Assembly (NCBI GenBank): GCA_964057225.1
Contig: OZ059896.1
Span: 20,274,001-20,338,000, forward strand
Direction: 5' to 3'
From: Auanema rhodensis
Taxonomy: Eukaryota > Animalia > Nematoda
DNA: 64,000 bases
Position 1 is the stretch's first letter. Every line of letters starts with the position of its first letter. The translations under genes and the position numbers were made by a program. A model generated the notes under the pieces. It was not told the origin of the DNA, did no database searches, and saw only the letters and a list, made by a program, of their open reading frames with translations. Of this stretch, positions 26,701-40,330 are shown in pieces.

Positions 26701-29700
26701 ACAGATCGACGCAGCTTAAAAATCCGCATCGAATGCACTATACTACATTGAAAAACGCTTAATACAAAAATTAGTTATGATCGTTTGAAAAATGATGCAT
26801 TAGTGTATGTTGAGTTTCCATGTACACTCAACATTGCTTCCAAAAACATTTTGACAAAAATTTTTTCGAAAAATTTCAAAATAATTTAGCAAAAAGTAGA
26901 TGTTTTTAGATTCCATTTTTCAAGGCAAAGACGATGGACAGTGGTATTCAACGAAAAAATTAATTCTTCAGGGTGAAAATCGAGGATATAAGTGTGAACT
27001 TATATCAGTTGATATCTCGGTGCATTTTTAAGCTAGCGCAAATCTGATAACAGAGATCGACGCAGCTTAAAAATCCGCATCGAATGCACTATACTACATT
27101 GAGAAACGCTTAATACAAAAATTAGTTATGATCGTTTGATAAATGATGCATTAGTGTATGTTGAGTTTCCATGTACACTCAACATTGCTTCCAAAAACAT
27201 TTTGACAAAAATTTTTTCGAAAAATTTCGAAATAATTTAGCAAAAAGTAGATGTTTTTAGATTCCTTTATTCAAGGCAAAGACGATGGACAATGTTATTC
27301 AACGAAAAAATTAATTCTTTAGGGTGAAAATCGAGGATATAAGTGTGAACTTATATCAGTTGATATCTTGGTGCATTTTTAAGCTAGCGCAAATCTGATA
27401 ACACAGATCGACGCAGCTTAAAAATCCGCATCGAATGCACTATACTACATTGAAAAACGCTTAATACAAAAATTAGTTATGATCGTTTGAAAAATGATGC
27501 ATTAGTGTATGTTGAGTTTCCATGTACACTCAACATTGCTTCCAAAAACATTTTGACAAAAATTTTTTCGAAAAATTTCGAAATAATTTAGCAAAAAGTA
27601 GATGTTTTTAAATTCCTTTATTCAAGGCAAAGACGATGGACAATGTTATTCAACGAAAAAATTAATTCTTTAGGGTGAAAATCGAGGATATAAGTGTGAA
27701 CTTATATCAGTTGATATCTTGGTGCATTTTTAAGCTAGCGCAAATCTGATAACACAGATCGACGCAGCTTAAAAATCCGCATCGAATGCACTATACTACA
27801 TTGAAAAACGCTTAATACAAAAATTAGTTATGATCGTTTGAAAAATGATGCATTAGTGTATGTTGAGTTTCCATGTACACTCAACATTGCTTCCAAAAAC
27901 ATTTTGACAAAAATTTTTTCGAAAAATTTCAAAATAATTTAGCAAAAAGTAGATGTTTTTAGATTCCATTTTTCAAGGCAAAGACGATGGAGAGTGTTAT
28001 TCAACGAAAAAATTAATTCTTCAGGGTGAAAATCGAGGATATAAGTGTGAACTTATATCAGTTGATATCTCGGTGCATTTTTAAGCTAGCGCAAATCTGA
28101 TAACACAGATCGACGCAGCTTAAAAATCCGCATTGAATGCACTATACTACATTGAGAAACGCTTTATACAAAAATTAGTTATGATCGTTTGAAAAATGAT
28201 GCATTAGTGTATGTTGAGTTTCCATGTACACTCAACATTGCTTCCAAAAACATTTTGACAAAAATTTTTTCGAAAAATTTCGAAATAATTTAGCAAAAAG
28301 TAGATGTTTTTAGATTCCTTTATTCAAGGCAAAGACGATGGACAATGTTATTCAACGAAAAAATTAATTCTTTAGGGTGAAAATCGAGGATATAAGTGTG
28401 AACTTATATCAGTTGATATCTTGGTGCATTTTTAAGCTAGCGCAAATCTGATAACACAGATCGACGCAGCTTAAAAATCCGCATCGAATGCACTATACTA
28501 CATTGAAAAACGCTTAATACAAAAATTAGTTATGATCGTTTGAAAAATGATGCATTAGTGTATGTTGAGTTTCCATGTACACTCAACATTGCTTCCAAAA
28601 ACATTTTGACAAAAATTTTTTCGAAAAATTTCAAAATAATTTAGCAAAAAGTAGATGTTTTTAGATTCCATTTTTCAAGGCAAAGACGATGGACAGTGTT
28701 ATTCAACGAAAAAATTAATTCTTCAGGGTGAAAATCGAGGATATAAGTGTGAACTTATATCAGTTGATATCTCGGTGCATTTTTAAGCTAGCGCAAATCT
28801 GATAACACAGATCGACGCAGCTTAAAAATCCGCATTGAATGCACTATACTACATTGAGAAACGCTTGATACAAAAATTAGTTATGATCGTTTGAAAAATG
28901 ATGCATTAGTGTATGTTGAGTTTCCATGTACACTCAACATTGCTTCCAAAAACATTTTGACAAAAATTTTTTCGAAAAATTTCAAAATAATTTAGCAAAA
29001 AGTAGATGTTTTTAGATTCCTTCATTCAAGGCAAAGACGATGGACAATGTTATTCAACGAAAAAATTAATTCTTCAGGGTGAAAATCGAGGATATAAGTG
29101 TGAACTTATATCAGTTGATATCTCGGTGCATTTTTAAGCTAGCGCAAATCTGATAACACAGATCGACGCAGCTTAAAAATCCGCATCGAATGCACTATAC
29201 TACATTGAGAAACGCTTAATACAAAAATTAGTTATGATCGTTTGAAAAATGATGCATTAGTGTATGTTGAGTTTCCATGTACACTCAACATTGCTTCCAA
29301 AAACATTTTGACAAAAATTTTTTCCAAAAATTTCAAAATAATTTAGCAAAAAGTAGATGTTTTTAGATTCCTTTATTCAAGGCAAAGACGATGGACAATG
29401 TTATTCAACGAAAAAATTAATTCTTCAGGGTGAAAATCGAGGATATAAGTGTGAACTTATATCAGTTGATATCTCGGTGCATTTTTAAGCTAGCGCAAAT
29501 CTGATAACACAGATCGACGCAGCTTAACAATCCGCATCGAATGCACTATACTACATTGAGAAACGCTTAATACAAAAATTAGTTATGATCGTTTGAAAAA
29601 TGATGCATTAGTGTATGTTGAGTTTCCATGTACACTCAACATTGCTTCCAAAAACATTTTGACAAAAATTTTTTCGAAAAATTTCAAAATAATTTAGCAA

Positions 29701-32700
29701 AAAGTAGATGTTTTTAAATTCCATTTTTCAAGGCAAAGACGATGGACAGTGTTATTCAACGAAAAAATTAATTCTTCAGGGTGAAAATCGAGGATATAAG
29801 TGTGAACTTATATCAGTTGATATCTCGGTGCATTTTTAAGCTAGCGCAAATCTGATAACACAGATCGACGCAGCTTAAAAATCCGCATTGAATGCACTAT
29901 ACTACATTGAGAAACGCTTAATACAAAAATTAGTTGTGATCGTTTGAAAAATGATGCATTAGTGTATGTTGAGTTTCCATGTACACTCAACATTGCTTCC
30001 AAAAACATTTTGACAAAAATTTTTTCGAAAAATTTCGAAATAATTTAGCAAAAAGTAGATGTTTTTAAATTCCTTTATTCAAGGCAAAGACGATGGACAA
30101 TGTTATTCAACGAAAAAATTAATTCTTTAGGGTGAAAATCGAGGATATAAGTGTGAACTTATATCAGTTGATATCTTGTTGCATTTTTAAGCTAGCGCAA
30201 ATCTGATAACACAGATCGACGCAGCTTAAAAATCCGCATCGAATGCACTATACTACATTGAAAAACGCTTAATACAAAAATTAGTTATGATCGTTTGAAA
30301 AATGATGCATTAGTGTATGTTGAGTTTCCATGTACACTCAACATTGCTTCCAAAAACATTTTGACAAAAATTTTTTCGAAAAATTTCAAAATAATTTAGC
30401 AAAAAGTAGATGTTTTTAGATTCCATTTTTCAAGGCAAAGACGATGGACAGTGTTATTCAACGAAAAAATTAATTCTTCAGGGTGAAAATCGAGGATGTA
30501 AGTGTGAACTTATATCAGTTGATATCTCGGTGCATTTTTAAGCTAGCGCAAATCTGATAACACAGATCGACGCAGCTTAAAAATCCGCATTGAATGCACT
30601 ATACTACATTGAGAAACGCTTAATACAAAAATTAGTTATGATCGTTTGAAAAATGATGCATTAGTGTATGTTGAGTTTCCATGTACACTCAACATTGCTT
30701 CCAAAAACATTTTGACAAAAATTTTTTCGAAAAATTTCGAAATAATTTAGCAAAAAGTAGATGTTTTTAGATTCCTTTATTCAAGGCAAAGACGATGGAC
30801 AATGTTATTCAACGAAAAAATTAATTCTTTAGGGTGAAAATCGAGGATATAAGTGTGAACTTATATCAGTTGATATCTTGGTGCATTTTTAAGCTAGCGC
30901 AAATCTGATAACACAGATCGACGCAGCTTAAAAATCCGCATCGAATGCACTATACTACATTGAGAAACGCTTAATACAAAAATTAGTTATGATCGTTTGA
31001 AAAATGATGCATTAGTGTATGTTGAGTTTCCATGTACACTCAACATTGCTTCCAAAAACATTTTGACAAAAATTTTTTCGAAAAATTTCGAAATAATTTA
31101 GCAAAAAGTAGATGTTTTTAAATTCCTTTATTCAAGGCAAAGACGATGGACAATGTTATTCAACGAAAAAATTAATTCTTTAGGGTGAAAATCGAGGATA
31201 TAAGTGTGAACTTATATCAGTTGATATCTTGGTGCATTTTTAAGCTAGCGCAAATCTGATAACACAGATCGACGCAGCTTAAAAATCCGCATCGAATGCA
31301 CTATACTACATTGAAAAACGCTTATACAAAAATTAGTTATGATCGTTTGAAAAATGATGCATTAGTGTATGTTGAGTTTCCATGTACACTCAACATTGCT
31401 TCCAAAAACATTTTGACAAAAATTTTTTCGAAAAATTTCAAAATAATTTAGCAAAAAGTAGATGTTTTTAGATTCCATTTTTCAAGGCAAAGACGATGGA
31501 CAGTGTTATTCAACGAAAAAATTAATTCTTCAGGGTGAAAATCGAGGATATAAGTGTGAACTTATATCAGTTGATATCTCGGTGCATTTTTAAGCTAGCG
31601 CAAATCTGATAACACAGATCGACGCAGCTTAAAAATCCGCATTGAATGCACTATACTACATTGAGAAACGCTTAATACAAAAATTAGTTATGATCGTTTG
31701 AAAAATGATGCATTAGTGTATGTTGAGTTTCCATGTACACTCAACATTGCTTCCAAAAACATTTTGACAAAAATTTTTTCGAAAAATTTCGAAATAATTT
31801 AGCAAAAAGTAGATGTTTTTAGATTCCTTTATTCAAGGCAAAGACGATGGACAATGTTATTCAACGAAAAAATTAATTCTTTAGGGTGAAAATCGAGGAT
31901 ATAAGTGTGAACTTATATCAGTTGATATCTTGGTGCATTTTTAAGCTAGCGCAAATCTGATAACACAGATCGACGCAGCTTAAAAATCCGCATCGAATGC
32001 ACTATACTACATTGAGAAACGCTTAATACAAAAATTAGTTATGATCGTTTGAAAAATGATGCATTAGTGTATGTTGAGTTTCCATGTACACTCAACATTG
32101 CTTCCAAAAACATTTTGACAAAAATTTTTTCGAAAAATTTCAAAATAATTTAGCAAAAAGTAGATGTTTTTAGATTCCATTTTTCAAGGCAAAGACGATG
32201 GACAGTGTTATTCAACGAAAAAATTAATTCTTCAGGGTGAAAATCGAGGATATAAGTGTGAACTTATATCAGTTGATATCTCGGTGCATTTTTAAGCTAG
32301 CGCAAATCTGATAACACAGATCGACGCAGCTTAAAAATCCGCATTGAATGCACTATACTACATTAAGAAACGCTTAATACAAAAATTAGTTGTGATCGTT
32401 TGAAAAATGATGCATTAGTGTATGTTGAGTTTCCATGTACACTCAACATTGCTTCCAAAAACATTTTGACAAAAATTTTTTCGAAAAATTTCGAAATAAT
32501 TTAGCAAAAAGTAGATGTTTTTAAATTCCTTTATTCAAGGCAAAGACGATGGACAATGTTATTCAACGAAAAAATTAATTCTTTAGGGTGAAAATCGAGG
32601 ATATAAGTGTGAACTTATATCAGTTGATATCTTGTTGCATTTTTAAGCTAGCGCAAATCTGATAACACAGATCGACGCAGCTTAAAAATCCGCATCGAAT

Positions 32701-35700
32701 GCACTATACTACATTGAAAAACGCTTAATACAAAAATTAGTTATGATCGTTTGAAAAATGATGCATTAGTGTATGTTGAGTTTCCATGTACACTCAACAT
32801 TGCTTCCAAAAACATTTTGACAAAAATTTTTTCGAAAAATTTCAAAATAATTTAGCAAAAAGTAGATGTTTTTAGATTCCATTTTTCAAGGCAAAGACGA
32901 TGGACAGTGTTATTCAACGAAAAAATTAATTCTTCAGGGTGAAAATCGAGGATGTAAGTGTGAACTTATATCAGTTGATATCTCGGTGCATTTTTAAGCT
33001 AGCGCAAATCTGATAACACAGATCGACGCAGCTTAAAAATCCGCATTGAATGCACTATACTACATTGAGAAACGCTTAATACAAAAATTAGTTATGATCG
33101 TTTGAAAAATGATGCATTAGTGTATGTTGAGTTTCCATGTACACTCAACATTGCTTCCAAAAACATTTTGACAAAAATTTTTTCGAAAAATTTCGAAATA
33201 ATTTAGCAAAAAGTAGATGTTTTTAGATTCCTTTATTCAAGGCAAAGACGATGGACAATGTTATTCAACGAAAAAATTAATTCTTTAGGGTGAAAATCGA
33301 GGATATAAGTGTGAACTTATATCAGTTGATATCTTGGTGCATTTTTAAGCTAGCGCAAATCTGATAACACAGATCGACGCAGCTTAAAAATCCGCATCGA
33401 ATGCACTATACTACATTGAGAAACGCTTAATACAAAAATTAGTTATGATCGTTTGAAAAATGATGCATTAGTGTATGTTGAGTTTCCATGTACACTCAAC
33501 ATTGCTTCCAAAAACATTTTGACAAAAATTTTTTCGAAAAATTTCGAAATAATTTAGCAAAAAGTAGATGTTTTTAAATTCCTTTATTCAAGGCAAAGAC
33601 GATGGACAATGTTATTCAACGAAAAAATTAATTCTTTAGGGTGAAAATCGAGGATATAAGTGTGAACTTATATCAGTTGATATCTTGGTGCATTTTTAAG
33701 CTAGCGCAAATCTGATAACACAGATCGACGCAGCTTAAAAATCCGCATCGAATGCACTATACTACATTGAAAAACGCTTAATACAAAAATTAGTTATGAT
33801 CGTTTGAAAAATGATGCATTAGTGTATGTTGAGTTTCCATGTACACTCAACATTGCTTCCAAAAACATTTTGACAAAAATTTTTTCGAAAAATTTCAAAA
33901 TAATTTAGCAAAAAGTAGATGTTTTTAGATTCCATTTTTCAAGGCAAAGACGATGGACAGTGTTATTCAACGAAAAAATTAATTCTTCAGGGTGAAAATC
34001 GAGGATATAAGTGTGAACTTATATCAGTTGATATCTCGGTGCATTTTTAAGCTAGCGCAAATCTGATAACACAGATCGACGCAGCTTAAAAATCCGCATT
34101 GAATGCACTATACTACATTGAGAAACGCTTAATACAAAAATTAGTTATGATCGTTTGAAAAATGATGCATTAGTGTATGTTGAGTTTCCATGTACACTCA
34201 ACATTGCTTCCAAAAACATTTTGACAAAAATTTTTTCGAAAAATTTCGAAATAATTTAGCAAAAAGTAGATGTTTTTAGATTCCTTTATTCAAGGCAAAG
34301 ACGATGGACAATGTTATTCAACGAAAAAATTAATTCTTTAGGGTGAAAATCGAGGATATAAGTGTGAACTTATATCAGTTGATATCTTGGTGCATTTTTA
34401 AGCTAGCGCAAATCTGATAACACAGATCGACGCAGCTTAAAAATCCGCATCGAATGCACTATACTACATTGAGAAACGCTTAATACAAAAATTAGTTATG
34501 ATCGTTTGAAAAATGATGCATTAGTGTATGTTGAGTTTCCATGTACACTCAACATTGCTTCCAAAAACATTTTGACAAAAATTTTTTCGAAAAATTTCGA
34601 AATAATTTAGCAAAAAGTAGATGTTTTTAGATTCCTTTATTCAAGGCAAAGACGATGGACAATGTTATTCAACGAAAAAATTAATTCTTTAGGGTGAAAA
34701 TCGAGGATATAAGTGTGAACTTATATCAGTTGATATCTTGGTGCATTTTTAAGCTAGCGCAAATCTGATAACACAGATCGACGCAGCTTAAAAATCCGCA
34801 TCGAATGCACTATACTACATTGAGAAACGCTTAATACAAAAATTAGTTATGATCGTTTGAAAAATGATGCATTAGTGTATGTTGAGTTTCCATGTACACT
34901 CAACATTGCTTCCAAAAACATTTTGACAAAAATTTTTTCGAAAAATTTCGAAATAATTTAGCAAAAAGTAGATGTTTTTAAATTCCTTTATTCAAGGCAA
35001 AGACGATGGACAATGTTATTCAACGAAAAAATTATTCCTTCAGGGTGAAAATCGAGGATATAAGTGTGAACTTATATCAGTTGATATCTCGGTGCATTTT
35101 TAAGCTAGCGCAAATCTGATAACAGAGATCGACGCAGCTTAAAAATCCGCATCGAATGCACTATACTACATTGAGAAACGCTTAATACAAAAATTAGTTA
35201 TGATCGTTTGAAAAATGATGCATTAGTGTATGTTGAGTTTCCATGTACACTCAACATTGCTTCCAAAAACATTTTGACAAAAATTTTTTCGAAAAATTTC
35301 GAAATAATTTAGCAAAAAGTAGATGTTTTTAGATTCCTTTATTCAAGGCAAAGACGATGGACAATGTTATTCAACGAAAAAATTAATTCTTTAGGGTGAA
35401 AATCGAGGATATAAGTGTGAACTTATATCAGTTGATATCTTGGTGCATTTTTAAGCTAGCGCAAATCTGATAACACAGATCGACGCAGCTTAAAAATCCG
35501 CATCGAATGCACTATACTACATTGAAAAACGCTTAATACAAAAATTAGTTATGATCGTTTGAAAAATGATGCATTAGTGTATGTTGAGTTTCCATGTACA
35601 CTCAACATTGCTTCCAAAAACATTTTGACAAAAATTTTTTCGAAAAATTTCAAAATAATTTAGCAAAAAGTAGATGTTTTTAGATTCCTTTTTTCAAGGC

Positions 35701-38700
35701 AAAGACGATGGACAATGTTATTCAACGAAAAAATTATTCCTTCAGGGTGAAAATCGAGGATATAAGTGTGAACTTATATCAGTTGATATCTCGGTGCATT
35801 TTTAAGCTAGCGCAAATCTGATAACAGAGATCGACGCAGCTTAAAAATCCGCATCGAATGCACTATACTACATTGAGAAACGCTTAATACAAAAATTAGT
35901 TATGATCGTTTGAAAAATGATGCATTAGTGTATGTTGAGTTTCCATGTACACTCAACATTGCTTCCAAAAACATTTTGACAAAAATTTTTTCGAAAAATT
36001 TCGAAATAATTTAGCAAAAAGTAGATGTTTTTAGATTCCTTTATTCAAGGCAAAGACGATGGACAATGTTATTCAACGAAAAAATTAATTCTTTAGGGTG
36101 AAAATCGAGGATATAAGTGTGAACTTATATCAGTTGATATCTTGGTGCATTTTTAAGCTAGCGCAAATCTGATAACACAGATCGACGCAGCTTAAAAATC
36201 CGCATCGAATGCACTATACTACATTGAGAAACGCTTAATACAAAAATTAGTTATGATCGTTTGAAAAATGATGCATTAGTGTATGTTGAGTTTCCATGTA
36301 CACTCAACATTGCTTCCAAAAACATTTTGACAAAAATTTTTTCGAAAAATTTCGAAATAATTTAGCAAAAAGTAGATGTTTTTAAATTCCTTTATTCAAG
36401 GCAAAGACGATGGACAATGTTATTCAACGAAAAAATTATTCCTTCAGGGTGAAAATCGAGGATATAAGTGTGAACTTATATCAGTTGATATCTCGGTGCA
36501 TTTTTAAGCTAGCGCAAATCTGATAACAGAGATCGACGCAGCTTAAAAATCCGCATCGAATGCACTATACTACATTGAGAAACGCTTAATACAAAAATTA
36601 GTTATGATCGTTTGAAAAATGATGCATTAGTGTATGTTGAGTTTCCATGTACACTCAACATTGCTTCCAAAAACATTTTGACAAAAATTTTTTCGAAAAA
36701 TTTCAAAATAATTTAGCAAAAAGTAGATGTTTTTAGATTCCATTTTTCAAGGCAAAGACGATGGACAGTGTTATTCAACGAAAAAATTAATTCTTCAGGG
36801 TGAAAATCGAGGATATAAGTGTGAACTTATATCAGTTGATATCTCGGTGCATTTTTAAGCTAGCGCAAATCTGATAACACAGATCGACGCAGCTTAAAAA
36901 TCCGCATTGAATGCACTATACTACATTGAGAAACGCTTAATACAAAAATTAGTTATGATCGTTTGAAAAATGATGCATTAGTGTATGTTGAGTTTCCATG
37001 TACACTCAACATTGCTTCCAAAAACATTTTGACAAAAATTTTTTCGAAAAATTTCGAAATAATTTAGCAAAAAGTAGATGTTTTTAGATTCCTTTATTCA
37101 AGGCAAAGACGATGAACAATGTTATTCAACGAAAAAATTAATTCTTTAGGGTGAAAATCGAGGATATAAGTGTGAACTTATATCAGTTGATATCTTGGTG
37201 CATTTTTAAGCTAGCGCAAATCTGATAACACAGATCGACGCAGCTTAAAAATCCGCATCGAATGCACTATACTACATTGAAAAACGCTTAATACAAAAAT
37301 TAGTTATGATCGTTTGAAAAATGATGCATTAGTGTATGTTGAGTTTCCATGTACACTCAACATTGCTTCCAAAAACATTTTGACAAAAATTTTTTCGAAA
37401 AATTTCAAAATAATTTAGCAAAAAGTAGATGTTTTTAGATTCCTTTTTTCAAGGCAAAGACGATGGACAATGTTATTCAACGAAAAAATTATTCCTTCAG
37501 GGTGAAAATCGAGGATATAAGTGTGAACTTATATCAGTTGATATCTCGGTGCATTTTTAAGCTAGCGCAAATCTGATAACAGAGATCGACGCAGCTTAAA
37601 AATCCGCATCGAATGCACTATACTACATTGAGAAACGCTTAATACAAAAATTAGTTATGATCGTTTGAAAAATGATGCATTAGTGTATGTTGAGTTTCCA
37701 TGTACACTCAACATTGCTTCCAAAAACATTTTGACAAAAATTTTTTCGAAAAATTTCGAAATAATTTAGCAAAAAGTAGATGTTTTTAGATTCCTTTATT
37801 CAAGGCAAAGACGATGGACAATGTTATTCAACGAAAAAATTAATTCTTTAGGGTGAAAATCGAGGATATAAGTGTGAACTTATATCAGTTGATATCTTGG
37901 TGCATTTTTAAGCTAGCGCAAATCTGATAACACAGATCGACGCAGCTTAAAAATCCGCAACGAATGCACTATACTACATTGAGAAACGCTTAATACAAAA
38001 ATTAGTTATGATCGTTTGAAAAATGATGCATTAGTGTATGTTGAGTTTCCATGTACACTCAACATTGCTTCCAAAAACATTTTGACAAAAATTTTTTCGA
38101 AAAATTTCGAAATAATTTAGCAAAAAGTAGATGTTTTTAAATTCCTTTATTCAAGGCAAAGACGATGGACAATGTTATTCAACGAAAAAATTAATTCTTT
38201 AGGGTGAAAATCGAGGATATAAGTGTGAACTTATATCAGTTGATATCTTGGTGCATTTTTAAGCTAGCGCAAATCTGATAACACAGATCGACGCAGCTTA
38301 AAAATCCGCATCGAATGCACTATACTACATTGAGAAACGCTTAATACAAAAATTAGTTATGATCGTTTGAAAAATGATGCATTAGTGTATGTTGAGTTTC
38401 CATGTACACTCAACATTGCTTCCAAAAACATTTTGACAAAAATTTTTTCGAAAAATTTCGAAATAATTTAGCAAAAAGTAGATGTTTTTAAATTCCTTTA
38501 TTCAAGGCAAAGACGATGGACAATGTTATTCAACGAAAAAATTATTCCTTCAGGGTGAAAATCGAGGATATAAGTGTGAACTTATATCAGTTGATATCTC
38601 GGTGCATTTTTAAGCTAGCGCAAATCTGATAACACAGATCGACGCAGCTTAAAAATCCGCATTGAATGCACTATACTACATTGAGAAACGCTTAATACAA

Positions 38701-38851
38701 AAATTAGTTATGATCGTTTGAAAAATGATGCATTAGTGTATGTTGAGTTTCCATGTACACTCAACATTGCTTCCAAAAACATTTTGACAAAAATTTTTTC
38801 GAAAAATTTCGAAATAATTTAGCAAAAAGTAGATGTTTTTAAATTCCTTTA

Positions 38852-40314
38852 TTCAAGGCAAAGACGATGGACAGTGTTATTCAACGAAAAAATTAATTCT
38901 TCAGGGTGAAAATCGAGGATATAAGTGTGAACTTATATCAGTTGATATCTCGGTGCATTTTTAAGCTAGCGCAAATCTGATAACACAGATCGACGCAGCT
39001 TAAAAATCCGCATTGAATGCACTATACTACATTGAGAAACGCTTAATACAAAAATTAGTTATGATCGTTTGAAAAATGATGCATTAGTGTATGTTGAGTT
39101 TCCATGTACACTCAACATTGCTTCCAAAGACATTTTGACAAAAATTTTTTCGAAAAATTTCGAAATAATTTAGCAAAAAGTAGATGTTTTTAGATTCCTT
39201 TATTCAAGGCAAAGACGATGGACAATGTTATTCAACGAAAAAATTAATTCTTTAGGGTGAAAATCGAGGATATAAGTGTAAACTTATATCAGTTGATATC
39301 TTGGTGCATTTTTAAGCTAGCGCAAATCTGATAACACAGATCGACGCAGCTTAAAAATCCGCATCGAATGCACTATACTACATTGAGAAACGCTTAATAC
39401 AAAAATTAGTTATGATCGTTTGAAAAATGATGCATTAGTGTATGTTGAGTTTCCATGTACACTCAACATTGCTTCCAAAAACATTTTGACAAAAATTTTT
39501 TCGAAAAATTTCAAAATAATTTAGCAAAAAGTAGATGTTTTTAGATTCCTTTTTTCAAGGCAAAGACGATGGACAATGTTATTCAACGAAAAAATTATTC
39601 CTTCAGGGTGAAAATCGAGGATATAAGTGTGAACTTATATCAGTTGATATCTCGGTGCATTTTTAAGCTAGCGCAAATCTGATAACAGAGATCGACGCAG
39701 CTTAAAAATCCGCATCGAATGCACTATACTACATTGAGAAACGCTTAATACAAAAATTAGTTATGATCGTTTGAAAAATGATGCATTAGTGTATGTTGAG
39801 TTTCCATGTACACTCAACATTGCTTCCAAAAACATTTTGACAAAAATTTTTTCGAAAAATTTCAAAATAATTTAGCAAAAAGTAGATGTTTTTAGATTCC
39901 ATTTTTCAAGGCAAAGACGATGGACAATGTTATTCAACGGAAAAATTATTTCTTCAGGGTGAAAATCGAGGATATAAGTGTGAACTTATATCAGTTGATA
40001 TCTCGGTGCATTTTTAAGCTAGCGCAAATCTGATAACACAGATCGACGCAGCTTAAAAATCCGCATCGAATGCACTATACTACATTGAGAAACGCTTAAT
40101 ACAAAAATTAGTTATGATCGTTTGAAAAATGATGCATTAGTGTATGTTGAGTTTCCATGTACACTCAACATTGCTTCCAAAAATTTTTTCGAAAAATTTC
40201 AAAATAATTTAGCAAAAAGTAGATGTTTTTAGATTCCATTTTTCAAAGCAAAGACGATGGACAGTGTTATTCAACGAAAAAATTAATTCTTCAGGGTGAA
40301 AATCGAGGATATAA
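38852..40314 (+). repeat. Left arm of a ~1.46-kb haplotype-matched inverted repeat (partner 43730-45192)
   Basis: Ordered rare variants ccaaaGac, gtgtAaac, attaTtCc, acaGag, caacgGaaaaattaTttc, 14-bp deletion, caaAgca; mirrored coordinates sum to 84044. Confidence 0.88.
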
Positions 40315-40330
40315 TTTAAAAACATCTACT
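40301..40330. other. Tail-to-tail orientation-switch (inversion) junction with 2-bp AA microhomology at 40313-40314
   Basis: 'aatcgaggatat-AA-tttaaaaacatctact': the forward monomer would continue 'ataagtgtg' and the reverse monomer would be preceded by 'ggaattt'. AA is shared and no bases are inserted. Confidence 0.96.

Larger units (their letters stand above)
1..40314 (+). repeat. 351-bp satellite tandem array, forward block (114 full monomers plus one truncated, internally deleted monomer; open at the left window edge)
   Basis: 'tttaagctagcgcaaatctg' recurs at 1, 352, 703 ... 7021 (20x351+1), 14041 and 21061. The register shifts by only 1 bp at ~25805 and ~31324. The last monomer starts at 40013 and ends at monomer position 316. 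Confidence 0.99.

Noticed and set aside
40313-40314. Transposon insertion or target-site duplication at the switch
   Set aside because: Every base on both sides is accounted for by satellite sequence.
40301-40330. Junction as a chimeric fold-back read artefact
   Set aside because: Such artefacts give identical mirrored arms. Here identity breaks after 275 bp and the arms have private variants. A misjoin cannot be fully excluded without reads.
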